A DNA stretch of 64,000 bases from Synechococcus sp. (lineage in GTDB: Bacteria > Cyanobacteriota > Cyanobacteriia > PCC-6307 > Cyanobiaceae). A model generated the notes under the pieces. That model was not told where the DNA came from. It ran no database searches and saw nothing but the letters and a program-made list of their open reading frames with translations. Where the stretch lies: the NCBI GenBank assembly GCA_047285305.1, contig JBJBDL010000003.1, forward strand, positions 192,001 to 256,000. Reading direction: 5' to 3'. The translations under genes were made by a program, and so were the position numbers. Positions 39,527 to 50,803 of this stretch are shown here, in pieces; position 1 is the stretch's first letter, and each line of letters begins with the position of its first letter.

Positions 39527-40233
39527 CAATCCCAGAGCTTCATTGCATCGTCACGAGCGCTGAACCATTCAGCAGCCAAGGCACCACCCATCGTGCGCTG
39601 TTCGCGGAACCAGGGGCCACCGAGGGTCCAATGCAGCATTGGAGAAGCCTGCTCCGACTCCGGAGTAGCCTGCACATCCACCAGATGATTCCATCCCCCC
39701 TCGATGGCGCCGATCTCGTGGTCACCCTCCAGCCAGTGGAAGCGGTGCAACTCCAGCCCTGAGGCCGTGTTCACGTAGTCGGGCGTGAGTCTTGTGCAGC
39801 GGCTGCAGTTGAGCAGCATCAAGGAACTCCAATTCTTTTTCGGGTAGGCGCTCTGTACCTCACCGAGGAATTTCACGGTCTCCCCAGGCACATGCACGTG
39901 CTGCACACACATGGCTCCATAGGTTTCATCGCGCTGATCCCAGAGCTCTTTGATGTCTGCTCTGCAGAGCATGTCGCAGTCCATGAACAGGGCCCAGCCC
40001 TGGTACCCCATCAGGTAAGGCACCAGAAAACGGGTAAAAGAAAACGCAGTGCTTTGTTTGGGGTCCCATTCGCGGCTAAACAAACCCTGTGCCTCCAGCT
40101 GAGGCGTCACCAGCGGCGTGATTGCCAAGGGCACACTGCTGTGCTGGTACAAACTGTCTATCAGAACATTGGTAGCAGCCCGCTCCCTTGGGTCGTAGCC
40201 GATGAAAATTGGCAGCGGCGCCACGCACGCCAT
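39526..40233 (-). CDS. GT-A fold glycosyltransferase (CDI/GT8-like)
   Basis: IFIGYDPRE, STAFSFTRF, FMDCDM (DxD), YPKKNWSS, WNHLV, HWTLGGPWF. Confidence 0.8.
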   Translation of the reverse strand: MACVAPLPIFIGYDPRERAATNVLIDSLYQHSSVPLAITPLVTPQLEAQGLFSREWDPKQSTAFSFTRFLVPYLMGYQGWALFMDCDMLCRADIKELWDQRDETYGAMCVQHVHVPGETVKFLGEVQSAYPKKNWSSLMLLNCSRCTRLTPDYVNTASGLELHRFHWLEGDHEIGAIEGGWNHLVDVQATPESEQASPMLHWTLGGPWFREQRTMGGALAAEWFSARDDAMKLWD

Positions 40234-40289
40234 TCGAATTTATCCAGAACAATTCTAGATTTTAAGCGAAGATGTCGACGCGGCCGAGA

Positions 40290-41174
<885 letters not shown>

Positions 41175-41509
41175 CTACGTACTTGAATCGATGTTTTCCT
41201 GCTTGCCGCGGGAAGACCTACGCCGGGAGACACCTGCATTAACACGCTTCTTAAGAAATACAAGTATCACTCGGCCCGAGCAAAGGAAGATCAAAATGTG
41301 CTCTAGCCTGGGGGAACAAGGTTGCTACTACGAACCACTTTGAGGTGTGCGTGACACCAAAGTTACCTTGAGGGTATGAGCAACTAGAGTGCATTATTGC
41401 AGCTGATCAATTCGACGTGACACGATAAAATAATTAATTATATCAAGGGTCATCTGTGTAAATCAATCATCGGCCTTTGTGCAGGGTTGACTTATTGAAC
41501 TCAACCATC

Positions 41510-43894
41510 TCAAACCACAGGCTCGATTGGAGCGAGGCGCGGATCAAGAATCTTGGGACCCATTCCTGCGAACTTCACTGCAATTGAAATCTTTTCACCG
41601 CTGCCAAAGGTATGGGTGATCTCACCAACACCGAAGCTGGAATGCATCACCTGATCACCCACCTGCCAGCTCCGGCCCGGAGCTGGCCCTGCCTGACGTC
41701 GACGTACAGCATTGGCAGGGGCCGATGAGGGTTTGTCCCGATCCACACGGGTGAGCCGTTCAAGGCGGCGCTCGCGCCGGAGCGCCGCTCCGCCACTCTG
41801 TGGAATGTGTCCCTGCACCAAGGCCTCCGGCAACTCCGAAAGAAACACCGACGGAACCGCCGCCTCACGCATCCCACCCCAGAGACGTCGCTCACTGGCG
41901 TGGGAGAGGAACAAACGCTCCTTCGCCCTGGTGATGCCGACGTAGCAAAGACGTCGTTCCTCCTCCAGGGATGCCGGGTCGTCGAGGGAGCGATAACTAG
42001 GGAACAAACCCTGCTCTAGACCCACAAGGCAAACCACAGGAAACTCCAGCCCCTTGCTGCTGTGAAGCGTCATCAAGGTGACTCGGTCCGCGGCAGTGTC
42101 CTTGCTATCGGCATCACTGGCCAGAGCTGCACTGGCCAGGAATCCTTCCAGATCACCCTCCTCGTTCTCCTCCTGGTACTGAAGAGCGGCGTTCACCAAT
42201 TCCTGCAGGTTGCGACGCCGTTCCTCGGCCTCATCGGTGCCATCAGCGATCAACTCGCTGACATAACCGCTTTTCTCCATCACCTGCTGAATCAGTTCCG
42301 AGGGAGATACCTCACGGCTGCGTGACTGGAGATCGTTAACCAGATCGCAGAACTGCAGCAGCCCCTTAGCGGAACGACCACCCAGGGAACGCACCGCTTC
42401 AGGATCACTGACCACATCCCACAGCGGAATGCCCAGTTGACTGGCTGCATCGGTGAGCCGCTGGATCGTGGTCTTGCCGATGCCACGCTTGGGCACATTG
42501 ATCACCCGCAGCAGGCTGACGGTGTCCGCCGGGTTGATCAGCAGCCTCAGATAGGCCAGAAGATCTTTGATCTCACGCCGGTCGTAGAAGCGCAGTCCCC
42601 CCACAACGATGTAAGGGATGCCCCAACGCACCAGCGATTCCTCGACCGCACGGGACTGGGCATTGGTGCGATAAAGCACAGCCATGTCACCCCAGCTGAG
42701 CTCGGGATTGGCCGCTTCCATCGTGCGCAACCGGTGGACTACAGCCTCCGCCTCAGCGATTTCATCATCACAGCGGGTGAGAGAGATCAATTCCCCCTCA
42801 CCACGCGTGGGGCGCAACACTTTGTCAATCCGTTCGCTGTTGTTGGAAATCAGCGCGTTGGCGGCCTCCAGGATTGTGGCAGTGGAGCGGTAATTCTCCT
42901 CCAGCTTCACCATCGTGCGAGTGGCCTCATCCGGAGCCTGATCGCCGAAATCCTCCTGGAAGCCCATCAGGATCGTGAAGTCTGCAGCCCGGAAGCTGTA
43001 AATGCTCTGGTCGGCGTCACCCACCACAAACACCGAACGCCCTGCCCATTCGTCGTAATCCTGCGGTTCCTTGCCATCAGTCACCAGCAGCTTGATCAGG
43101 TCGTACTGGGTGCGGTTGGTGTCCTGATACTCATCCACCAGAACGTGACGGAAACGACGGTGCCAGTAGCTGCGTACCTGCTCGTTTTGCTGCAAGAGCT
43201 GCACCGGGAGGAGCAGCAAGTCGTCAAAGTCGAGGGCATTGTTTGCTGCCAGTGCCCTGCGGTAACGCCGGTAGACATCGGCAATGAGCTTGCCACGCTG
43301 CCCTTCAGCATTGGCCTCGAGCTGGTCGGGCAGCAAGCCCTGGTTTTTGGCGTTGCTGATCGCCCAACGGGTCTTCTTGGGGTCAAAGCGCTTGGGATCC
43401 AGCTGCAGTTCCTGCGTGACGATCTCCTTGACCAGGCTTTGGGCATCAGCTTCGTCGTAAATCGAAAACTGCTTGGTCCAGGTGAGTCCTTCGGAATCCT
43501 TGAATTTATCGATGTCGTAGCGGAGCATCCGCGCAAACAACGCGTGGAAGGTGCCTATCCAGAGCTCTTTGGTGACTTCGCGGTAGATGCGCGAACGCAA
43601 CTGACGCTGCTCTACCGGCGGCAAAGTACTCCAGGGCTGGCCGTACTGTCCATGCGCAAGCTTCTGTGCCAAGAGCAGCTCAAGCCGCTCCTTCATCTCT
43701 CGAGCAGCTTTGTTGGTGAAAGTAACAGCCAGAATCTGCGCCGGATCTGCACCGTGCTCACCTATAAGGTGGGCTATGCGATGGGTGAGGGCCCTCGTCT
43801 TGCCGCTGCCGGCGCCGGCAACCACCAACATGGGACCTTGATGATGATCGACAGCCCTACGCTGGGCATCGTTGAGGCCATCTAAGAAGCTCAT
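41510..43894 (-). CDS. pcrA: ATP-dependent DNA helicase PcrA/UvrD
   Basis: AGAGSGKT, TFTNKAA, DEYQDTN, GDADQSIY, HSSKGLEF, EERRLCYVGITRA. Confidence 0.95.
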   Translation of the reverse strand: MSFLDGLNDAQRRAVDHHQGPMLVVAGAGSGKTRALTHRIAHLIGEHGADPAQILAVTFTNKAAREMKERLELLLAQKLAHGQYGQPWSTLPPVEQRQLRSRIYREVTKELWIGTFHALFARMLRYDIDKFKDSEGLTWTKQFSIYDEADAQSLVKEIVTQELQLDPKRFDPKKTRWAISNAKNQGLLPDQLEANAEGQRGKLIADVYRRYRRALAANNALDFDDLLLLPVQLLQQNEQVRSYWHRRFRHVLVDEYQDTNRTQYDLIKLLVTDGKEPQDYDEWAGRSVFVVGDADQSIYSFRAADFTILMGFQEDFGDQAPDEATRTMVKLEENYRSTATILEAANALISNNSERIDKVLRPTRGEGELISLTRCDDEIAEAEAVVHRLRTMEAANPELSWGDMAVLYRTNAQSRAVEESLVRWGIPYIVVGGLRFYDRREIKDLLAYLRLLINPADTVSLLRVINVPKRGIGKTTIQRLTDAASQLGIPLWDVVSDPEAVRSLGGRSAKGLLQFCDLVNDLQSRSREVSPSELIQQVMEKSGYVSELIADGTDEAEERRRNLQELVNAALQYQEENEEGDLEGFLASAALASDADSKDTAADRVTLMTLHSSKGLEFPVVCLVGLEQGLFPSYRSLDDPASLEEERRLCYVGITRAKERLFLSHASERRLWGGMREAAVPSVFLSELPEALVQGHIPQSGGAALRRERRLERLTRVDRDKPSSAPANAVRRRQAGPAPGRSWQVGDQVMHSSFGVGEITHTFGSGEKISIAVKFAGMGPKILDPRLAPIEPVV

Positions 43895-44208
43895 AGAAAC
43901 TTATTCTAGGCATAATGAGCAGAGACGATCGATAACTGCGCAAGAAATTTTGCCGCGACCGTAAAATCCATACGCAAGCACAAATTTCGACATCAGATAC
44001 ACGCAGTCTGCCAAGAAATCACTAGGCAATTGCAGTATGCAACAAGAAACCTAAGAACGCTCCAAAGACATTCGAACAAGAAGCAACCAAACAAACCAAA
44101 TCTAAAAATGGGAGCAGACCAATTAGGCAACGAATTCTCATTAAAAACAAATTTGCCCATGGCCATGGCGTGAATGAATTAGGCTCTGACAATCCATAGC
44201 CCAAAACC

Positions 44209-45111
44209 ATGGCTCCCAAGAAGCCTGAAGGAAAAGTCGATTTGTCGTTAATTATATGTACATATGGCAGAAAAAAACAATTGGCAGAAGCTATTCAATC
44301 AATTAGAAGTCAATCAGTGGCGCCAAAAGAAATCATCGTAGTAGATCAAAATCCGCCCGGATTCCTAGACGACTTACTAGAAGATTGCGCAGGCAGGCTA
44401 AATATTTTACACAAAAGAGTCACATTCACTGGGGCCTCAAAAGCAAGAAATTTAGGAGCAAGCATCGCCACAAGCGAACTAATTGCATTCCCAGATGACG
44501 ATTGCACTTATAGAGAAGATACAATAAAAAATGTCATACGCAGATTCGAAGGAGATGACGCACTTGGAGTATTAATAGCAGGAAAGGACGAAATTTTAAA
44601 TGCTACCCCTAAAGTTAAAAATCAGGGGGAAAGCACAATTACGGAAATACATACAGTCTTGGATCTATTCAAGGCCAAGGCGGAAACATCGAATATTTTT
44701 GCACGGAAAAAAGTACTAGGAAAATTAGAATATATTTTTGATGTTAACATAGGCCCAGGGAAAGTCACAGAATGGGCCTCAAATGAAGAAACAGATTTAT
44801 TAGTAAGACTACTGCAAAAGAATGTACTTATCGCGAAAGACGAAACAATCAGAATCATTCATCATTCTTGCCAGGGCTCACTAAAGAAAACACTGCAGTA
44901 CGGGATGGGTAGATATGAACTAATCAAGAGAAATAATCTTGGTATTTTTATCTACCTTATCAATCTAGTGCAGCCAATTGTGCGGCTCATTATGAAGCCA
45001 CGAGTCAAGTATATTCCGGCATGCTTTATGACAATAATTGGAAGATCCGGCTTAATTAACACGTTGATTTCTGTTTGGAAACAAATAACTAAGTCAGAAC
45101 TATGTAAATAA
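44209..45111 (+). CDS. Glycosyltransferase family 2
   Basis: SLIICTYGR, IIVVDQN, ASKARNLG, AFPDDD. Confidence 0.88.
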   Translation: MAPKKPEGKVDLSLIICTYGRKKQLAEAIQSIRSQSVAPKEIIVVDQNPPGFLDDLLEDCAGRLNILHKRVTFTGASKARNLGASIATSELIAFPDDDCTYREDTIKNVIRRFEGDDALGVLIAGKDEILNATPKVKNQGESTITEIHTVLDLFKAKAETSNIFARKKVLGKLEYIFDVNIGPGKVTEWASNEETDLLVRLLQKNVLIAKDETIRIIHHSCQGSLKKTLQYGMGRYELIKRNNLGIFIYLINLVQPIVRLIMKPRVKYIPACFMTIIGRSGLINTLISVWKQITKSELCK

Positions 45112-45114
45112 TTA

Positions 45115-46359
45115 CTAATTAGCTTCCTCTTCCCTCCCTGCAACAAGTCCAAGAATAAGCCAGAAGGCAGGATACTCGCCCAAATGACCATTGTGCATAG
45201 AGTATATTATTACTTGAAAGACCAAGAAAGAGAGGGAAAAATGCAAAAAATCCATGCGTTTAAAACGAAAGACTCTAGTTATTGGGATTAAAAAGCAAAC
45301 TAACAATGGTAGAGTCAATAATAAGCCTCCAATAGCCAAGGATTCAAAAATATAATTATGAGGAAAGTAAATACCCTGCTCAATCTCAAGGCCTCCCAGT
45401 GATGACTGTATGTTGAACCCAACACCAAAAAGTGGACTCGTTAAAAATTCTCTAAAGCAAACTTTCCAGAACTCAATTCTTGTAAAAACCGTATCCCACA
45501 ACCTGCTAGTAAAAATTTTGTCAAGCAAAAGATCAGAATAAGATAGGACAAGAACAATGAGTATTCCCAAAGAAAAAGTTGTCAAGAGACTAGGAACTGA
45601 GAGAGAAAATTTAGAAGATGAAGAGCCCTTTGCAGACCATATACCAAACAACGAAATAATTATCATTGCCAAAATCGCACCCCGCGTAGCACTAAAAACT
45701 ACAATAAAAGAACCAATTGCTATTCCAAGAAATGACACATACTTAGAATAGTAATAAGGATTCAAATAATAGTCTCTTACAATAAGGCTGGACAAACTCA
45801 GCAAGACGAGAGAACAGCCAGCATTGGCAGCAGTAATTGCATTTAAATGGTCTAAATAAAAACCACCTTGATCAAATCCTGGCTTAAGCGCAAAGCAAAT
45901 CACCGAAATACCAAGTAAGGCAACACCAAACTCAATTGATTTGTACAAAACTCTTCCAAGATTGATAAATGGCGCGAAGAGACAAGCGGCTACACCACTA
46001 ACCAATGAACTACCCAAACCCCATGCCAAAAGCTCCCAAAGGGGAACAGATAGGTTAACTTTCGCTAGGAACACATCATAAAAAAGCCTGATCGTATACA
46101 GAGTCCAAAAAACTACGATTACATTAATCCATGACTTAAAAGTAATCGAAAAAACTTTTTTCTGAAAAAAGAAAAATAGAATATAACAAGCATTTATAAG
46201 CATTAAGCACAGACGAAAAGCAAGCATCACCGAACGGTTGTCTAAAGACAATACGTTGACGATAGAAGAAAAGAATACTTGACCAAAAAGAGCAAACGAA
46301 AGTACTAAGGCTGCAATCTCTACAGAATTTGTTCGCGTAAACTGTAAAATTCTTTCCAT
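45115..46359 (-). CDS. O-antigen ligase/polymerase (WaaL/Wzy_C)-like membrane protein
   Basis: Many TM segments. SATRGA, R..FW, PLFGVG and PHNYIFE motifs typical of O-antigen ligase domains. Start is uncertain. Confidence 0.75.
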   Translation of the reverse strand: MERILQFTRTNSVEIAALVLSFALFGQVFFSSIVNVLSLDNRSVMLAFRLCLMLINACYILFFFFQKKVFSITFKSWINVIVVFWTLYTIRLFYDVFLAKVNLSVPLWELLAWGLGSSLVSGVAACLFAPFINLGRVLYKSIEFGVALLGISVICFALKPGFDQGGFYLDHLNAITAANAGCSLVLLSLSSLIVRDYYLNPYYYSKYVSFLGIAIGSFIVVFSATRGAILAMIIISLFGIWSAKGSSSSKFSLSVPSLLTTFSLGILIVLVLSYSDLLLDKIFTSRLWDTVFTRIEFWKVCFREFLTSPLFGVGFNIQSSLGGLEIEQGIYFPHNYIFESLAIGGLLLTLPLLVCFLIPITRVFRFKRMDFLHFSLSFLVFQVIIYSMHNGHLGEYPAFWLILGLVAGREEEAN

Positions 46360-46404
46360 GATATACATCACGTGCAAGTGATATGCTGCCAAGCAAATGC
46401 CAAG

Positions 46405-48237
46405 TTAAGGATTGGCACAAGATTGCAGGTTAATCATTTGCCTAAAGCTCGATGATCGTTCTTTAAGCTCATCAAAGTTACCACTCGCAACAATTTTACC
46501 TGCATCAAACTCATATATACGATCACATTTCTGAATAGTAGAAAGACGATGGGCAATGACTAAAGTAGTACATCTTCTTCCAATGATCTCTAGAGACTGT
46601 ATAACTTCGGATTCCGTTTTGTTGTCTAACGCACTCGTAGCTTCGTCTAAAATTAAAAACTTTGCAGACCTATAAAAAGCTCTAGCTAGGGCTAATCTTT
46701 GACGTTGTCCTCCTGACAAGCTAATACCATTATCACCAATAGGTGTGTGCAAACCGTAAGGAAGATCGGATACCACTACATCTAATTGTGCGGCTTCAAG
46801 CGCATCCCAAACCTTAGCCTCATCGACATCATTTAAACTAACACCAAAAGCAACATTAGAGATAATAGAGTCAGACAACAAATTTATAGACTGAGGGACT
46901 TGAGCACAACACAAATGCCAAGAAGTTATTTCATCGACTAGAACAGGAATGCCATCGAGAATAAAATCTCCTCGTTGTGGAGTTAGCAGTGAAAGCAAAA
47001 CATTTGCAGCTGTAGTTTTTCCGCTACCTGTAGGGCCTACAAATGCCACACGAGATCCCACTGGAATGCTGAGTGACACATTATCAAGTGCATTCTTAGT
47101 TGCGTCTGGATATCTATAAGTAACGTTCTGAAGGCCTATTGATCTAAGAGGGAAAATTCCTTCTGGAGTCCTATTAAGAAGCTGCGCAGAGGCTTGAAAA
47201 TTGAAAGTGTTCTCAAGCAAGGATGTTATGTTCATAATTTCAGGCAACCCCCCTCTCAAAATTGATATTGCAGAGAAAAAGTCTTGAAGTGGTTTTGCAA
47301 GGCGTAAAGCCCCTACAGATAATATAGATAAAAAGGGAAGAACCTCAATAATTTTTTCTTGTTGTCCGGATAAAACTGGTGGAACGACTCCAATAAGAAA
47401 GATCATTGAGATACCAAGGGGCTCAATAAGTAGCCTCGGTATTTCGGGAAGAACTGTCGCGTTAACGACTGATTCCTTAAATATCGACGTAGATCGATTA
47501 AATCTTTTTGAGAAGTAGGGCTCGCTTAGACCAAGCTTCAAGTCAACTATTGCTTGGAAAGATTCAAAAAATCCTTTGGTGTATCTCTCTCTCGTGACGA
47601 TCTTTTGCCTTGAGGCTTTACGCAAGGCAGGATTAATCAAATAGCCAATAAGAATATAAAGAATAAACATCGATAGTATCAATACAAATGCAGAACTTCC
47701 ACCTACATACAAAATCCCTGCAACCAGAAATATGATACTAATTAGACAGCTTATTGCCCTCAAGGCCGGAGTTAGTATATCCCTCAAGAGACACTCCAGA
47801 TTTGATAGTAGATCCGAAGCAAGTGCTGATATATTCCCCGTTAAATGATATTCATAAGGCTGACCCAGTGTCTGCTTGAAGATTCGACTAGATAAGTCAA
47901 GCCACAATTCTCCTGCAAGATTCTCCTGCATAAAGCGAAGTAAGAGTCGGACCCCAGACTGCAGCCAATTAATTAGGACAAAAATTGCAATTAACCACAA
48001 AGATTGTATGTATGTACTTGCTCCAAATACCTTTACGCCAGGCAGCAAGTTGATGAGATCAGTACCAACAAGTGTTCCTGTGAGCCTGCCTATAACTGCG
48101 ACAGTAGCAATATCAAGAAAGCCAGAAAAAATAGAAACCGGTATGATTATCCATAGCCTAATTAAACTTTGCTTTTCAACATACCTAAATAAATTTTTTA
48201 GCTCATAGAGCGTCTCGCTAGAAAATACTTTTAACAC
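46405..48237 (-). CDS. ABC exporter, fused permease/ATPase (PglK/MsbA-like)
   Basis: TM domain followed by GPTGSGKTT, LSGGQRQRLALARA, DEATSALD, IAHRLST. Confidence 0.9.
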   Translation of the reverse strand: MLKVFSSETLYELKNLFRYVEKQSLIRLWIIIPVSIFSGFLDIATVAVIGRLTGTLVGTDLINLLPGVKVFGASTYIQSLWLIAIFVLINWLQSGVRLLLRFMQENLAGELWLDLSSRIFKQTLGQPYEYHLTGNISALASDLLSNLECLLRDILTPALRAISCLISIIFLVAGILYVGGSSAFVLILSMFILYILIGYLINPALRKASRQKIVTRERYTKGFFESFQAIVDLKLGLSEPYFSKRFNRSTSIFKESVVNATVLPEIPRLLIEPLGISMIFLIGVVPPVLSGQQEKIIEVLPFLSILSVGALRLAKPLQDFFSAISILRGGLPEIMNITSLLENTFNFQASAQLLNRTPEGIFPLRSIGLQNVTYRYPDATKNALDNVSLSIPVGSRVAFVGPTGSGKTTAANVLLSLLTPQRGDFILDGIPVLVDEITSWHLCCAQVPQSINLLSDSIISNVAFGVSLNDVDEAKVWDALEAAQLDVVVSDLPYGLHTPIGDNGISLSGGQRQRLALARAFYRSAKFLILDEATSALDNKTESEVIQSLEIIGRRCTTLVIAHRLSTIQKCDRIYEFDAGKIVASGNFDELKERSSSFRQMINLQSCANP

Positions 48238-48425
48238 AGCGACGACACTAACATATTCATTTTACGCTATATTGCCTTTCCTTTAACATTTGATAGACAG
48301 TTAACCAACCGATTGGCCAATGTGCCTAAAAAAACAAAAAATATAAGCAAGTCCAAGAATTTGTCAAATAGAAGTCGATGAAATAACAAATTGCCTCGAA
48401 GCAACAAGATTTTCGTAAAATATAA

Positions 48426-49478
48426 TTATACTAAAAGACCGAAAAAACCTAAAATCTTCCTAAGGGTTTGCTTAAAATCATTAAGAAGCAAAGTCAATCC
48501 ATAGTTTGGCTTCAACAAAAGGCGAGGATTATTAATTAAAATCGGCATAAGAGAATCTAATTCTGTCAGAACAGCACGCCATCTTTGAACGAATAGGGGC
48601 TCTGAAAAATCTCTCAATGCGAAGTCCAAAGCAGATTCTGATGGCTTCCACTCATCAGGATTTGCAACTGCTGCAGCTATTCTATCCACATCATTCGATA
48701 AACATCCATAACCAATTTGATGCCCCATGACGCCAGGTGTAAAGGTGTCTGCAAGGGCATGATTCAAACTACTAAATACAATGCAACCGCAAGAAATTGC
48801 TTCCACAGGAGGTAAACCAAATCCTTCGCTCACACCAGCTCTACTCCAATGTTCAGCAGAGTCATATAAAAAAACTTTAGCGCTATTAAATAAATGCACT
48901 AAATCTTCCACCCAATCATTCTGTATCTCTACATGAAGGCCCTTGGCGCGCAAAGCTGGGACTAATTCATACAAGAGATAATTACTACTTTTTCTTTTTT
49001 GAACAAGAACATCAATTGGTCGACTCGATACATCTCCTCTACGATCTCCTCTTGCTAACCATTGATTTTCAAGTGCATTAGGAATTAGGAATAAGGGATT
49101 CCTTGGTGCACGATGCCCCCAATAGCCCATCGTATTCCTACTAACAGCGACAATAGGAACACTCGGAGGAAGAGTAAATCCATATCCAGTACTATGAGCT
49201 TGGTAAACAACTTTTCTTCCACGAAGACGTTTTATTAATTCAGGAATATCAAATCCCCAACTAACTATCCATATTGAATCATCATTTATAGATCGTTCAC
49301 TGGACAATAGGGAGTCAAAAAAAGGGTATTTATCGCTTCGCTCTCTATAAGTAACAATTGTTGTGCATCGAATTTGCGAAAGCAAACCAGCTGTCTGCTT
49401 CGCGACATTGAGACCTCCACAACGAAAGCGTGGGCCAGTACCTGGGACTAGAACCCGAATTTCACGCAAGGAAATCAA
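48426..49478 (-). CDS. Putative GT-B glycosyltransferase
   Basis: FRCGGL N-terminus and EGFGLPPVEA donor-binding motif. Confidence 0.75.
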   Translation of the reverse strand: MISLREIRVLVPGTGPRFRCGGLNVAKQTAGLLSQIRCTTIVTYRERSDKYPFFDSLLSSERSINDDSIWIVSWGFDIPELIKRLRGRKVVYQAHSTGYGFTLPPSVPIVAVSRNTMGYWGHRAPRNPLFLIPNALENQWLARGDRRGDVSSRPIDVLVQKRKSSNYLLYELVPALRAKGLHVEIQNDWVEDLVHLFNSAKVFLYDSAEHWSRAGVSEGFGLPPVEAISCGCIVFSSLNHALADTFTPGVMGHQIGYGCLSNDVDRIAAAVANPDEWKPSESALDFALRDFSEPLFVQRWRAVLTELDSLMPILINNPRLLLKPNYGLTLLLNDFKQTLRKILGFFGLLV

Positions 49479-49496
49479 AGAGTCACCAATTTGACT

Positions 49497-50210
49497 CTAA
49501 GCAGCGGCAGCTTCAGTACTGCCGGCCCGCTGACGGCGAGTGAGGAAGCCAAACAGCACCTTACCGATGGCGGCGACCAAGTTGCCCTCCAGCTCCTTGA
49601 ACATATTCATGTTCAGGTGGAAAGCGTGGTTGGCCTCCTCCACGATGCGATCGGCCATGGCCTGATCGATCGGCAGCGTGTCCATGGCGGAGCGATATGT
49701 CGTCTTGAACGCTTTTTCGTCAGCGATGTCGTCGAAGACGTAAAAGCGGAGGCCGGCATCCCCCTCCATGTTCATTGCCTTCTGGGCGATGTTCTTGAGG
49801 ATCTGACCACCGGAGAGATCACCGAGGTAGCGGGTGTAGTGATGGCCTACCAACAGCTCAGGAGACTCCTGGGCCACAGCATGAATGCGCTCCACGTATG
49901 CAGCTGCTGAGGGCGAGGGTGTGATGTCTTCCTTCCAGCTCTCACCGAAGTAATAGGCGAGGTCTTGCTCCAACGCCTCACGACGGTTCAGCTGAGCCAT
50001 CGCGACAGGCCCAACAACTGGGTGGTCAGCCAACTTGGTGATCTCCTCCTCCATCGCGGAGTAAACGAAGTAGAGATCAGCCACCAGCTTGCGGTAACTG
50101 GCCTTATCGACAACTCCCTTCAGAAAGCAGCTCACGAAGCCCGTGTTCTCGGCCATGGTGTGCGACTTTTTCGTGCCTTCCCGGAGCTGGGCAGCAAGGG
50201 CGACAGACAT
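49497..50210 (-). CDS. ho1: Heme oxygenase
   Basis: LREGTKKSHTMAE, HHYTRYLGDLSGGQ. Confidence 0.96.
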   Translation of the reverse strand: MSVALAAQLREGTKKSHTMAENTGFVSCFLKGVVDKASYRKLVADLYFVYSAMEEEITKLADHPVVGPVAMAQLNRREALEQDLAYYFGESWKEDITPSPSAAAYVERIHAVAQESPELLVGHHYTRYLGDLSGGQILKNIAQKAMNMEGDAGLRFYVFDDIADEKAFKTTYRSAMDTLPIDQAMADRIVEEANHAFHLNMNMFKELEGNLVAAIGKVLFGFLTRRQRAGSTEAAAA

Positions 50211-50282
50211 GATTGCGAGAAACGGCCTGACCTCGAACTTAAAAGGATTTCAAGGCAGAACGGCTGTGTGCGTTGCGAAGGG

Positions 50283-50726
50283 TTACGCCGCTGGTTCAGA
50301 AGCAGCGGTTCCATCAAAGAGCTCGAACAGCTCGCGACAGATCTGCTGAAGCTGCTTCACCTGCTGCTGCTGAGGCAGGTGGGGACCTTCCGGCAACCAT
50401 TCACCGACCGTGGCAAGGCGCCAGCGTTCGCCGTCGTAGGTCATGCCCCGCATCAACACCCCCAGGAGGCGCAGCTGGTCGTCACCCCGCTCCGCGCTAA
50501 CTCGCAATTGCATCAGCAAACTGCGGCATTCCAGGCGTGGACTCCAGCCAGGGAAATGAAAGGCGAGGTCGAGCGATTCCGTTTCACTCCACTGTCGGGT
50601 CTGCGGGTCGTCCCGCCAAGGGCTGAGGTTGGCCTGCGCAGCCGGAAACTGACGGCGCACAAGGGTGATCGTGGACGCCAGTGCTCGCATCCGGGCCACG
50701 CTGTGTACCGACTCGCCCGCGTTCAC
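50283..50726 (-). CDS. Conserved hypothetical cyanobacterial protein
   Basis: Compact ORF between ho1 and mtnN (DLAFHFPGWSPRL). GTG start. Confidence 0.7.
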   Translation of the reverse strand: MNAGESVHSVARMRALASTITLVRRQFPAAQANLSPWRDDPQTRQWSETESLDLAFHFPGWSPRLECRSLLMQLRVSAERGDDQLRLLGVLMRGMTYDGERWRLATVGEWLPEGPHLPQQQQVKQLQQICRELFELFDGTAASEPAA

Positions 50727-50803
50727 TGCAACCTCCTAATTCCGCACAGTGTGCAGGGATAAGCAAAAGGTCGCCGTTACGGTTGCGCGAGGTTCACGAA
50801 ACC

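Larger units (their letters stand above)
43900..49490. other. AT-rich genomic island carrying surface-glycan genes
   Basis: Abrupt drop in GC between pcrA and ho1. A counted line (44281-44340) is 23/60 G+C, whereas the flanks are visibly GC-rich. Confidence 0.8.

Noticed and set aside
44022..44219. 65-aa hydrophobic minus-strand ORF in the island
   Set aside because: Overlaps the GT2 start and promoter region and has no motif, so it is likely spurious.
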